DNA from: an uncultured Acidobacteriaceae bacterium
Lineage (GTDB): Bacteria; Acidobacteriota; Terriglobia; Terriglobales; Acidobacteriaceae
Length of the DNA: 64,000 nt
Direction: 5' to 3'
Assembly: GCA_963709045.1 (NCBI GenBank)
Contig: CAVPUX010000003.1
Span: 8,065-72,064, forward strand
The notes under the pieces were generated by a model, which was not told the DNA's origin, ran no database searches, and worked only from the letters and a program-made list of their open reading frames with translations. This document shows, in pieces, positions 9,281 through 18,787 of the stretch. Position numbers and translations under genes: made by a program. The first letter of the stretch is position 1. Every line of letters begins with the position of its first letter.

Positions 9281-9679
9281 ATGGCAAAGAGCGCGCGTTA
9301 TACGCCGGAGCACGCCGAGGCAGGTCTCTCCGCTAAACTTCCGGAAATCGAAACCTGGCCGAACCAGTTTCCCGGCTATGAGATCGTGATTGACATACCC
9401 GAGTTCACCTCTGTATGTCCCAAGACTGGCCTTCCCGACTTCGGGACGCTGTGGATTCGCTATATGCCCGACCAGTCCTGCTTGGAACTAAAATCGCTGA
9501 AGGAATACCTGATTGGCTATCGCAATCTGGGCATCTTTCAGGAAAACATCGTGAACCGCGTTCTCGAGGACGTGGTGCGCGCCAGCAAACCGAAATGGGC
9601 GGAAGTTAAGGGCGAGTTCCGCCCGCGCGGCGGTATCGGCACAGTAGTTATCGCGCGTTACCCGAGGCCGAAGAAATAA
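9281..9679 (+). CDS. queF: NADPH-dependent 7-cyano-7-deazaguanine (preQ0) reductase
   Basis: 132 aa with the type-I QueF motif EFTSVCPKTGLPDFGTL and downstream LKSLKEYL..YRN..IFQE. Confidence 0.9.
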   Translation: MAKSARYTPEHAEAGLSAKLPEIETWPNQFPGYEIVIDIPEFTSVCPKTGLPDFGTLWIRYMPDQSCLELKSLKEYLIGYRNLGIFQENIVNRVLEDVVRASKPKWAEVKGEFRPRGGIGTVVIARYPRPKK

Positions 9680-9692
9680 ACCCCGAGCGGTT

Positions 9693-10325
9693 CTAGTATG
9701 TCCCCTCCCGCCGGGTGCCGAAGTACTTACGGATGCCGAAGGTGTTGTATTGTCCCCAAGGGCCATCGGGTCCGAGCCATGCCGGCCCCAGCGGCTGATC
9801 GCGGGACCCGAAGCGCACCAGCTTCGGATGCGTCGTGAAGCGGAACTCGAAGCGCTTCGGCAGATCGATGCCAACGCCCCACTTGAATTCCATTCCGATG
9901 CCGCTCCATGACCAGGTATAGAGTGTTTGGGGAAGGTTTTTCCCAAAGAGAAAATTCGGCTCATAGAACAACATCAGGCGCTTCGCGAATGTCCTGCCGA
10001 TGGGACGGATCTCCACATCACCGGAAATCTGGTAACGCGCGAAGGCGCTGCAAGGCGCGTCCTTGCCGCCGTATTGCGGCGCGCCGGCGTTCGCCGCGCA
10101 GAGGTTGGGATCAATCTCGTTATGCGAAGGAGCGATGTCGAATTGCGCCCATCCCCAATACCAATCCTTGGGAAAAAACAGGCGGTCCTGATTGGCCGCT
10201 GGTTTGGCGGTGGTCGTGGGCTGGGAATCAGCCACGGCATTCGCATCGGTTGCCGGCTTGGAATCTTGCGCCAGCAGGGTGACCTGTAACAGACAAACAA
10301 CCAGGAACAGCAGCAAGCGTTTCAT
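9693..10325 (-). CDS. exported protein, function unknown
   Basis: Internal Met36 of track ORF 9693-10430 starts a clean signal peptide MKRLLLFLVVCLLQVTLLAQ. Confidence 0.7.
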   Translation of the reverse strand: MKRLLLFLVVCLLQVTLLAQDSKPATDANAVADSQPTTTAKPAANQDRLFFPKDWYWGWAQFDIAPSHNEIDPNLCAANAGAPQYGGKDAPCSAFARYQISGDVEIRPIGRTFAKRLMLFYEPNFLFGKNLPQTLYTWSWSGIGMEFKWGVGIDLPKRFEFRFTTHPKLVRFGSRDQPLGPAWLGPDGPWGQYNTFGIRKYFGTRREGTY

Positions 10326-10591
10326 ACACTCTCCGCGACGATAAGTTGGATTACCGCTGAGAAGGAGGGGACAAGTGCGGTGCCTCGCCAGCTTGTGCAG
10401 GCGGGAGAGATAGCGCCGGTGGGCAGTCACCGCGCGCGTTCACTGGTCGATTCTTCTCCACGAGAGATTATCTTGCTATGGCCATCATGGGAAGGATTTT
10501 TGCGGAAGCGCACAACCATCTCTCTCTCTTTCGTCGCATGTCTCATATCCGACTTCGAATTCCAACGTAGAGGCGCGAGAACGCAAACTGT

Positions 10592-10627
10592 GAAGAGCGA
10601 AAAGCGAAAGGCCAAGAGCGAAGAGCG
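10592..10627. repeat. GCGAA-type heptad array (unpaired)
   Basis: gaagagc gaaaagc gaaaggc caagagc gaagagc, 35 nt upstream of the MFS start. Confidence 0.7.
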
Positions 10628-10661
10628 GATCCCGGCCTCTCGTGTTATCCTCCGCCCACCC

Positions 10662-11888
10662 ATGTCTGCCAAGACAAACGCCTGGGCCGCTCTACTGCTG
10701 CTGACGGCCCTGAACTTTCTCAACTACATCGATCGCAATGTCCTTTTTGCGGTACAACCATTGATCCAAAAAGAATTCCGGCTCAGCGACGAGCAGGTGG
10801 GCTTTTTGACCTCGGCATTTTTTGTCTGCTACATGATTGCCGCGCCCCTAATCGTGCCCCTGGCTGATCGCTTCCCGCGCCGGCGAATCATGGCGGCCGG
10901 CGCTTTCGTCTGGAGCCTGGCGACATTACTAAGCGCAGTCACGCACAATTACGACGAACTCTTACTGCGTCACGTTATCGTCGGCATCGGGGAAGCGACC
11001 TTCGTTGCCATTTCGCCGGCTTTCCTCTCCGATCTTTTTCCCGAGGCCGTACGCGGGAGGATCATGGGGCTTTTTTATCTGGCGACGCCGGTAGGTAGTG
11101 CGTTGGGTTATCTGGTCGGCGGTTTCCTCGGAAACCGCTACGGCTGGCGCGCTCCGTTCCTGGTTTCGGCGCTACCCGGATTCCTGTTGGCTTTGGGCGT
11201 CCTCGCATTGCGTGAACCCGTGCGCGGCGCCAGTGATCACTTGGCAGACAGCCTTGAGCGCGGTTCCATGCGCGGACTGTTGCGCAACCGGGCCTTTTGG
11301 ACCATCAGCCTCGGTGCGGCCATGATGACCTTCGCCATTGGCGGTCTGCAGGTGTGGATGCCCACGTTCTTGACCCGTATCCGCCATGTGCCGCTGGATC
11401 GAGCTAATATTTCTTTCGGCGGCATGACCGTAGTCGCGGGCACCGTGGCTACCTTGCTAGGTGGGTGGCTGGGGGACCGCTTGCTACGGCGCACGCCAGC
11501 GGCCTACCAACTCATCTCAGCGATCGGAATGACGCTATCGATTCCGGCAATCGCCGTGGCCATCTACTTCACGGGACCGGCGATGTATCCGGCGATTTTT
11601 CTCGGTGAATTTTTCCTTCTGCTGAATACCGCTCCACTCAATGCCGCCCTGGTGAACTCGGTAAGCGCCCGCATTCGCGCCACAGCGCTCGCGGTGAACA
11701 TATTCGTCATCCACCTGCTGGGTGACGCATTTTCGCCCACTCTTATTGGCTATATCTCAGACAGGACCAATCTTCAGATAGGACTGATGTCAATGATCGT
11801 CGCGGTTGCGCTTTCGGCGGCGGTGTTGTTCTACGGAATGCGATTTGCGCCGAAGATTGGCGGCGAGCAATTAGCGATTAGCAATTAG
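10662..11888 (+). CDS. MFS transporter
   Basis: Met95 of track ORF 10380-11888 begins MSAKTNAWAALLLLTALNFLNYIDRNVL, followed by 12 predicted TM segments and an LADRFPRRR loop motif. The upstream extension reads through a heptad repeat (SEKRKAKSEER), so I treat it as non-coding. Confidence 0.85.
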   Translation: MSAKTNAWAALLLLTALNFLNYIDRNVLFAVQPLIQKEFRLSDEQVGFLTSAFFVCYMIAAPLIVPLADRFPRRRIMAAGAFVWSLATLLSAVTHNYDELLLRHVIVGIGEATFVAISPAFLSDLFPEAVRGRIMGLFYLATPVGSALGYLVGGFLGNRYGWRAPFLVSALPGFLLALGVLALREPVRGASDHLADSLERGSMRGLLRNRAFWTISLGAAMMTFAIGGLQVWMPTFLTRIRHVPLDRANISFGGMTVVAGTVATLLGGWLGDRLLRRTPAAYQLISAIGMTLSIPAIAVAIYFTGPAMYPAIFLGEFFLLLNTAPLNAALVNSVSARIRATALAVNIFVIHLLGDAFSPTLIGYISDRTNLQIGLMSMIVAVALSAAVLFYGMRFAPKIGGEQLAISN

Positions 11889-11912
11889 TAATAGCACCTA
11901 GCAACATGGCCA
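11871..11912. repeat. TTAGC-type heptad array overlapping the MFS stop codon
   Basis: ttagcga ttagcaa ttagtaa tagcacc tagcaac. Confidence 0.6.
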
Positions 11913-11923
11913 ACTGTTGAAAC

Positions 11924-11954
11924 AACGCCCTCCCGCGAGACGCGAGAAGGCGTT
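11924..11954. terminator. possible bidirectional terminator hairpin between convergent genes
   Basis: aacgccctcccgcg-aga-cgcgagaaggcgtt: a 14-bp stem with 2 mismatches and short T-rich flanks on both strands. Confidence 0.4.
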
Positions 11955-11993
11955 TGGATCGTGCAACGTGTTGTCGCAAGGCAGCGAAACTGG

Positions 11994-12341
11994 CTACTTG
12001 GTGAAAGCCGCGATGGCCGACGCTTCGTCGTCTCGTACATCAAAGACGGTATAAAGTTTGGTGATCTGCAGCAGGTCGTGCACCTTCTTGGTTAGATGCA
12101 GCAGCTTCAATTCGCCGCCCTGGTTGCGAACCGACGTGAAGGCGCTAACCAGCTCGCCGATGCCCGAGCTGTCGATGTAGCTGACATCGCCCAGGTTCAA
12201 CAGGATTTTCTTCTGCCCTTTCCCAAGCAGGTCCTTGATGGTGTCGCGTAACACCACACTGCCTTCACCCAGAGTGATTCGTCCACTCAAGTCGACAATG
12301 GTGACACCGTCTACCTGCCGGGTACTTGCTTTCATGCTCAC
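11994..12341 (-). CDS. STAS-domain anti-sigma-factor antagonist (SpoIIAA/RsbV-like)
   Basis: 115 aa. ...LNLGDVSYIDSSGIGELV... contains the phosphorylatable Ser motif. Confidence 0.9.
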   Translation of the reverse strand: MSMKASTRQVDGVTIVDLSGRITLGEGSVVLRDTIKDLLGKGQKKILLNLGDVSYIDSSGIGELVSAFTSVRNQGGELKLLHLTKKVHDLLQITKLYTVFDVRDDEASAIAAFTK

Positions 12342-12787
12342 GTGGAAGCCTCCTGACGGTCCAGATCACTGTTCTGGAGCCGCTTGATCAAAGTAATTTC
12401 AGTGCCGGGATCTAGTTTACGAAAGCGGACTTCGTCCATAAAAGCCCGCATCAAGAATATGCCACGACCGGACTGTTTCATAAGATTTTCCGGCGCAAGC
12501 GGGTCCGGAACCTCGGCCGGGTCGAGTCCCTTTCCCTGGTCGGTGATCGTGATGACCAACTCCCGTCCGTTTTGCTCGAAGGTTAAGTTTACACTCTTGG
12601 CCGGATCGTAGGCGTTGCCGTGCAGCACCGCGTTGATCATTGCCTCGCGAACCGCCATCGAGATACCACTGCGCGTGTCCTCGTCGAAACCAGCCTGCGA
12701 TGAAATCTGGTCCGACATTGCTTCCGCTTTATTCACGCTTTCCAGCGTGGACTCCATCCTGTATGAAACGCGTTGTGGCGCGGTCAT
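12338..12787 (-). CDS. anti-sigma regulatory factor, serine-protein kinase (SpoIIAB/RsbW-like HATPase)
   Basis: Met41 of track ORF gives a 149-aa protein. N-box AVREAMINAVLHGN and G-box ITDQGKGLD...GRGIFLM. A 4-nt overlap with the STAS gene. Confidence 0.85.
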   Translation of the reverse strand: MTAPQRVSYRMESTLESVNKAEAMSDQISSQAGFDEDTRSGISMAVREAMINAVLHGNAYDPAKSVNLTFEQNGRELVITITDQGKGLDPAEVPDPLAPENLMKQSGRGIFLMRAFMDEVRFRKLDPGTEITLIKRLQNSDLDRQEAST

Positions 12788-12949
12788 CAATCGGCCCGTT
12801 CCGTCCTGTTCAGTGCGCGTCCGAGGTCCAAAGGAACAGAATCTCCAAGATGGAGCAGTTTGCCCTTTCGGGCGGTACTTGTCAACGCAAGTGTTGTTAC
12901 ATGTCAAACCGTCACGGAGATCGTCCGTGCGTTTTCCAGGGTTAACTGA

Positions 12950-15056
12950 GTGCTTCGAAAGCGCGCTTCCAGCCTGTCACTCACCAGGACGCGGCATCGG
13001 CATCGCGTTCTTTATGACCTCGGCGTTTCCGGGGCGCCAGTGCGGAAACTCCCAATCATCGCTGGTGATTCCTGTACGGATGATAGATTATTGCTATTCT
13101 CTGTGGGGAAATCTGAGCTCTGGGGCAGGAGTAGCGGTGTCTTCGGTTCTGTCGAAACCTGGAAAGAAGGATCGAAAGGGAATCGAATCTCCTCCGAGCC
13201 GGGGCGCAATCCTGCGTCCAATTCGCGATCCTGGATCTTGCTTCTGGTCCTTCTGGTCACGACCATCGCGTTGTACTACCCCGTCAGCCATGACCCATTC
13301 GTCAACTACGATGACGATGCCTACGTATCCGCAAACGCTCACATCAAGTCTGGCTTGAGCTGGGATACGCTTCGATGGTCTTTTACCACGTTCTATTCCG
13401 CCAATTGGCATCCCCTGACCTGGCTTTCCCATGCCGCGGATTACCAGATGTTTGCGCTGGATCCGGGCGGACATCATGAAACCAACGTAGTGCTGCACGC
13501 CTTGAATGTGCTTCTGCTGTTTTGGGTGTTGCTGCGGGCGACGGGGTCCCCCGGCCCAAGTTTGATGGTGGCCGCACTGTTTGCCTTACACCCGGTCAAC
13601 GTCGAATCGGTGGCCTGGATCTCCGAGCGCAAGAATCTGCTGAGCATGCTGTTCTTTCTGCTCGCACTGGGCGCGTACCGATGGTATGCGCAAAAGCCTC
13701 GCGTCACCCGGTACGTAACTGTCGCCGTGCTATTTGCGTTCGGCATCATGGCCAAACCGCAGGTCATTACCTTCCCGTTCGTGCTGTTGCTTTGGGATTA
13801 CTGGCCGCTGCGAAGAATGTTTGCCGGCGGCGAGGAAGCGTCTCTCGGTGAGACGTTGGCAGCGATGCCGGCGCAGAATCTTTTACGGCTAGTCTTGGAG
13901 AAGCTACCTCTTTTCGCAATCTGCGCAGTCAGCGCGGCGATTACGCTAAAGGCACAGCGGGCGGCGGGGGCCATGAGTGGCATTAACTGGCATCCATTCT
14001 CTGTCCGGCTTGCAGAATGCCATTGTCGCCTACGTGCAGTATTTAGGAGCGGCATTCTGGCCTTCAAACTTGTCGCTGTACTACCCGCATCCAGGAGGTT
14101 CGTTGCCTTTCTGGCAGGTGGCTGGGGCAGCCGCTATCCTCGTCGCGGTTACCTCGCTGGTGCTGGCTGGCCGACGCTGGCGTTATCTCCCGGTGGGTTG
14201 GTTTTGGTTCCTGGGGACCTTGGTACCGATGACTGGTCTGGTGCAAGTGGGCAATCAGGCCAGGGCCGATCGCTATGCCTACCTGCCATTCATTGGCTTG
14301 TTCATCATGGTTTGCTGGGGTGTAACTGAGTGGGCAACGGAGCGGCGCATCTCCCGAGCGGTGTTGGCCGCCGTTAGTGCGATTGTGTTAATAGCGCTTG
14401 CCGTAGTGACCCACCGCCAGATTGCCTATTGGGACGACAACATCACTCTGTGGTCACATGCGGTCCAGGTCACGACCGGCAACTATATGGCCGAAGATCA
14501 TCTGGGGGGAGCGCTACTGGCCGACGGACAGATTGAAGCGGCGATGCCGCACTTCTACCGGGCGGTGGCAATCAATCCGAATGATCCTGACGCTAACCTC
14601 AACATTGGTGGATACGAGCAACAACAACGCAACTTTTCGCAAGCCATTGCGCAGTACAAGAAGGTCATCAGTGGCACGCAGGACTCGCTCGTCCTGAGCG
14701 CGGGAGTACGAGCGAAGGCATTCAGCAATATGGGCTACTCCTATCGCGCGATCGGCGATCTATCTCATGCGCGGGAGAGCTTTGACGCGGCCATAGCCGT
14801 TGATCCCCAGTTTGCTGACGCCTGGCTCGGCTTGGGGCTGGTCGAGCAAAAATCCGGAAACCTTGCAGCAGCGATTCACGCATTCTCCGAGGCCATGAAA
14901 GCTCAGCCTTCGGATTGGGGGTATCTGCTGCTTGCACGGGCCCTCGAGCGAAACGGCGACGATAAAGCGGCGCTGTCGGCCACTCGGAAAGCGCAGAGTA
15001 TGACCCGGAACCTGGAAAGTGCGCAGCGCGGCGCTGACCAACTGCTGGCGCAGTAG
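12950..15056 (+). CDS. TMTC/PMT-like membrane glycosyltransferase with C-terminal TPR repeats; apparent +1 frameshift near 14012; true start uncertain
   Basis: Frame 1 (12950-14329) reads ...YYPVSHDPFVNYDDDAYV...WHPLTWLSHAADY...HPVNVESVAWISERKNLL...KAQRAAGAMSGINWHPFSVRL. The homologous continuation QNAIVAYVQYLGAAFWPSNLSLYYPHP..., and then the TPR repeats, are in frame 2 (13977-15056). The junction is ctt-g-cag at 14009-15. No convincing start lies close to the first TM helix. Confidence 0.75.
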
Positions 15057-15065
15057 CCAGCGCCC

Positions 15066-16037
15066 GTGGCCTCAAATGTAAGCCCGACGCTGCCCGATTC
15101 GGCGGTGCTATCCTCTACTCGTCGCTCCATGCGCATTACCAGCCGCAAAACAACCATCGCGTTCTTCATCACCCTGGGCGTCTGTCTGGCGGTGGCGGCG
15201 ACGGTGCTCAGCACCAGCTGGGTCATTCTCAACTGGCGCGAGATCGTACCCCTAATTCTGGGAGTGATCTTCTTTGGCTTTATCATTGCCGGCGTCATCC
15301 TCAACACCATTTTTCTGGTCCGTGAAATCCGGCGCAATGAGCAGCAAGACAGTTTTCTGAACGCGGTCACCCATGAGTTGAAGACGCCGATCACCTCAAT
15401 ACGCCTATATCTGGAGACCTTGCAGAAGCGCAACCTGGATGAGGAACAGCGGCGTGAGTTCTATCAGGTCATGTTGGACGATACCCAGCGCCTCATCGGC
15501 ACGGTGGAACAGGTACTGCGTGCCGCCCGTGTGGTGCAGAAGAACGCCATACTGTCGCGCAGCGAAGTTGAGGTTGGGCCTCTGGTGCAAGATTCTCTGG
15601 ATCTGGCGCGCTCGCGGCATCATCTTTCGCCCGCTGCCATGGACTGGACAAAAGAGGGCCGGCCCGCCGAACGGCTAACCGTCATGGGAGACCGGGAAGA
15701 GCTAGCCACTGCGTTGTCCAATGTGTTCGACAATGCGGTTAAATACTCGCAGAAGGATCCTGCCATCCGGGTCGAGGTGCTTACGCCCGATCTGCGGCAT
15801 GTGCAAATTCGAGTACAGGACAATGGAATCGGTATATCCCGCGGCGAGCTAAAACGTATCTTCAAGCGTTTTTATCGGGTGCTTACACCGGTCACAACCC
15901 AGGTGAAGGGCAGCGGCTTGGGCTTGTTCATCGTCCGTGCCATCGCGCGCCGCCACGGTGGCAAGGCCTTTGCGGAAAGTGAAGGCACAGGCCGAGGGAC
16001 AACCGTCACCATCCAATTGCCGAGGAATTCGCAGTGA
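15066..16037 (+). CDS. two-component sensor histidine kinase
   Basis: Two N-terminal TM helices, H-box FLNAVTHELKTPITSI, N-box VFDNAVKYS, G-boxes QDNGIGI and GSGLGLFIV. GTG start at 15066, or ATG at 15129. Confidence 0.9.
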   Translation: MASNVSPTLPDSAVLSSTRRSMRITSRKTTIAFFITLGVCLAVAATVLSTSWVILNWREIVPLILGVIFFGFIIAGVILNTIFLVREIRRNEQQDSFLNAVTHELKTPITSIRLYLETLQKRNLDEEQRREFYQVMLDDTQRLIGTVEQVLRAARVVQKNAILSRSEVEVGPLVQDSLDLARSRHHLSPAAMDWTKEGRPAERLTVMGDREELATALSNVFDNAVKYSQKDPAIRVEVLTPDLRHVQIRVQDNGIGISRGELKRIFKRFYRVLTPVTTQVKGSGLGLFIVRAIARRHGGKAFAESEGTGRGTTVTIQLPRNSQ

Positions 16038-16837
16038 GCGACATACTGCTGGTCGAAGACGAAGAGCATCTGGCGCGAGGTCTGAAGTTCAACCTGGAAG
16101 CCGAAGGCTATCCCACAACGGTAGTCGGCGACGGCGAAACTGCGCTGGAATTGCTATTGAAGAACCACAATCAGTTCGATCTATTGGTCCTGGATGTCAT
16201 GCTGCCGGGCAAGGACGGCTTCGCAGTAGCCACGGAGTTGCGCAAAGCCAACCATTACATTCCGCTGCTGATGCTCACCGCTCGCGGTCGACCGGAAGAT
16301 GTGCTGAAGGGGTTTGCCTCGGGGGCCGACGACTATCTACCTAAGCCGTTTGATCTGGCCATTTTGCTGGCGCGCATTCGCGGCCTGTTACGCCGCCGTG
16401 ACTGGAGCCGCACCCTGCTTACCGACCCGCCGGCGGCCGTGCGAGTGGCAGAGCCCGAAGATGCCGACTCCTTGCGCGAGTTCGACGTCTATACCTTCGA
16501 AGGCAAGCAGGTTGATTTTGGGACGCTGGAGTTGCGAGCCCATGATCAGGTTTTTCGTTTGACCCTCATGGAAGCCGAACTGTTGCGGCACCTGATACGC
16601 AACAGCGGGAAGATTGTCTCGCGCAAATCCATTCTCGAAGAAGTGTGGGGATTGCACGAGGATACCGACACGCGCGCTATCGATAATTTCGTGGTTCGGT
16701 TGCGCAAGTATATCGAGAAGGACCCGTCACACCCCCAACACCTGCTTACCGTACGCGGAGTGGGTTACCGGTTCCTGCCCATGCCAGCCGCTACCCCGGC
16801 CCATGAGCGGAAGCGCGATTCCGGCCCTGCCAAGTAG
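16034..16837 (+). CDS. OmpR-family response regulator
   Basis: Receiver domain ILLVEDEEHL...LLVLDVMLPGKDG...LTARG...KPF. Winged-helix LTLMEAELLRHL...VRGVGYRF. GTGA overlap with the kinase gene. Confidence 0.9.
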   Translation: MSDILLVEDEEHLARGLKFNLEAEGYPTTVVGDGETALELLLKNHNQFDLLVLDVMLPGKDGFAVATELRKANHYIPLLMLTARGRPEDVLKGFASGADDYLPKPFDLAILLARIRGLLRRRDWSRTLLTDPPAAVRVAEPEDADSLREFDVYTFEGKQVDFGTLELRAHDQVFRLTLMEAELLRHLIRNSGKIVSRKSILEEVWGLHEDTDTRAIDNFVVRLRKYIEKDPSHPQHLLTVRGVGYRFLPMPAATPAHERKRDSGPAK

Positions 16838-17032
16838 GGCGTTCCTGCTTTGATCTCCATGAACCCTGGTTTGTGACGTTTGCCGTTGTTCTGTTTCTAA
16901 CGCGGGGGTAAACTGCACCCGCAAGCGTCCCGGCATTGCAACGAAAAGATGGCTCGTAGTCGTGCGGGCAGTCCTTTTCCTCGAGGAGAGGATACGTCCT
17001 CTTTGTTCACGAGCATCCACGGGAGTGTACTC

Positions 17033-18635
17033 ATGAAAATTCGCGCAATTGTGTTTTACTTGTCGGTTTGTGCTTTATCAACATTTCCAGTAGTCGCGCA
17101 AAACAATGTGCGGCTGACGGTCAGCGTTACCAGCGCCGATGGAGCCCCGGTCCGCGATGCGAAAAAAACAGACTTCGCCGTGCAGACTGAAGGTAAACCG
17201 CAGACCATCGACACCTTCGTCTCGGCTTCAGAGACGCCCGCCGCGCCTCCGCAGCAGGCAGGCCAGTTCACGAATGCGCCAGACGTAACCGAGTCAGGCG
17301 CGATTTTTGTCGTGCTCGATACCATCCATACTCGCTACCTTGACGAGCGCGACATGCGCGCCATGATTCTGAAGTTTATGGGGCGAGCAGCGCAGTCCAA
17401 ACATGCGGTAACCCTTGGCATCCTTAGCGAGAAGGGTCTTACTATTTATCACGATTATCGTTCAGGTCCGGATGTTCTGCTGGCGGCATTGATCAAAGCC
17501 GGACTGGGAGGCATGAAGGGAGCGACTCCGCCCACGGGAGTCGATGACGCATTGGTCACTGCTGAGGCGGCCCGGTTGGCGGCATTCAACAAAGGAGATC
17601 TTTCCAATGCGACGCCGCAAGAACAGTTGCTGCGGTCGAATCCGCAAATGCCGATGGTGATGTTTCAGGACGTAGGCCATGGGGCATATGGCATGCCCGG
17701 ACGTAAAGCCCTGGTGTGGGTCACCAATGCGGTGCCGTTCGACATCGACCCCAAGACGTTTAATTTTGTTTCCCCCAAAGATACCAACCGCGGGCGTGGC
17801 CGTGAACTTAACCGGAAGCGGACAGCGGAAAGGGAGTGGCGGCGGATCGAGGATGTTTTCAGCGGTGAGCAGGTAAAGAAGATACTGCCTGTTTGGCGTG
17901 CGAGTATGCGCGCGCTGTTTGACGGAGGCGTCGCGGTATATCCCGTCGAAGCCCGAAACAGCTTTACGGCTGCCAGTGACGCGCTCATGCAGGGAAGAAT
18001 GAAGCTGCTGGCATCCTTCACGGGCGGCAAGGCGTTTTACGGCGCCAACGATCCCTTCCCGGAGCTATTGCAGATCAGCAACGGCAACGTTGGCGGGTAC
18101 GTGCTCGGGTTTGCTGAGGGGTCTCATGCCCCTTCCGAGTTCCAACGCGTGCAGGTTACCGTGAATAAGCCCGTCTCGACCATCAGCGCTCCTGAAGGAT
18201 ATTTTCCACACGAGGGCGTTCCGAAGTCTCAGGCGCAGGAGGAGGTGACCCTGGCGCTGCAATCACCGCTGTCATACACAGGAATTCCGTTTAGCGTCAC
18301 GTTCACCGGCAACCAGGATGTCGCGGGCAAGAAGAAGGTCAACATGACTGTTTCGCTAACCGGCGATACCGGCGTGCTGAACGAAGCTACCCGCAGTGTC
18401 GATCTTGTCGTAGTCGCGGTTGCCAAGGATGCCAAAGGCGCGACGGTAGGCAAGCTAAACGAAGGCGCTGGCGGCCAGTTTCCACCCGAGGCGGTTGCGC
18501 AGATCAAAGAACATGGGCTTTCAACTGAAGCGCTCGATCGAGGTCACGCCAGGAGACTTGACCATCCACTTTGTGATTCGCGACAACCAGACCGGACGCA
18601 TAGGCAGCCTCATCGTGCCATTGAAAGTCCAGTAG
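17033..18635 (+). CDS. exported VWA-domain protein (acidobacterial VWFA-related type); apparent frameshift near 18515
   Basis: GGGAG RBS plus ATG at 17033 and signal peptide MKIRAIVFYLSVCALSTFPVVA. After ...FPPEAVAQIKEH the listed frame degenerates (RRLDHPLCDSRQPDRTHRQ...). The +1 frame reads GFQLKRSIEVTPGDLTIHFVIRDNQTGRIGSLIVPLKVQ-stop (stop ends at 18635), the canonical C-terminus of this family. The shift sits at a GGG run (18515-18517). Confidence 0.75.
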
Positions 18636-18669
18636 GGAAACAAGGAGTCCGCCGACCTACGGGAACGAA

Positions 18670-18744
18670 TCTCACCACTGAGGCACAGAGATCACAGAAA
18701 AACACCATAAGAACTCCGTGTCCCCCGTGTCTCCGTGGTGAATG
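18670..18744. repeat. REP-like hairpin (TCACCAC..GCACAGAG type)
   Basis: tcaccactgaggcacagagatcacag...ccgtgtcccccgtgtctccgtggtga. The arms are reverse complements (TCACCACTGAGGCACAG vs TCACCACGGAGACACGG). A half copy is at 46511-46553. Confidence 0.8.
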
Positions 18745-18787
18745 TTTGTCGGCGGAGCGGATGAGCGTCTTTCGCTTACGCGGGTAG

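Noticed and set aside
10380-10661. N-terminal 94-aa extension of the MFS transporter ORF; similar extensions at 54313-54447 for mobA and 23922-24161 for the PNP gene
   Set aside because: The extensions read through intergenic repeats (SEKRKAKSEER, SQERTAKSQERRAKSEW, and the TGTCATCC-family copy). They lack protein-like composition, and internal starts give family-typical N-termini.
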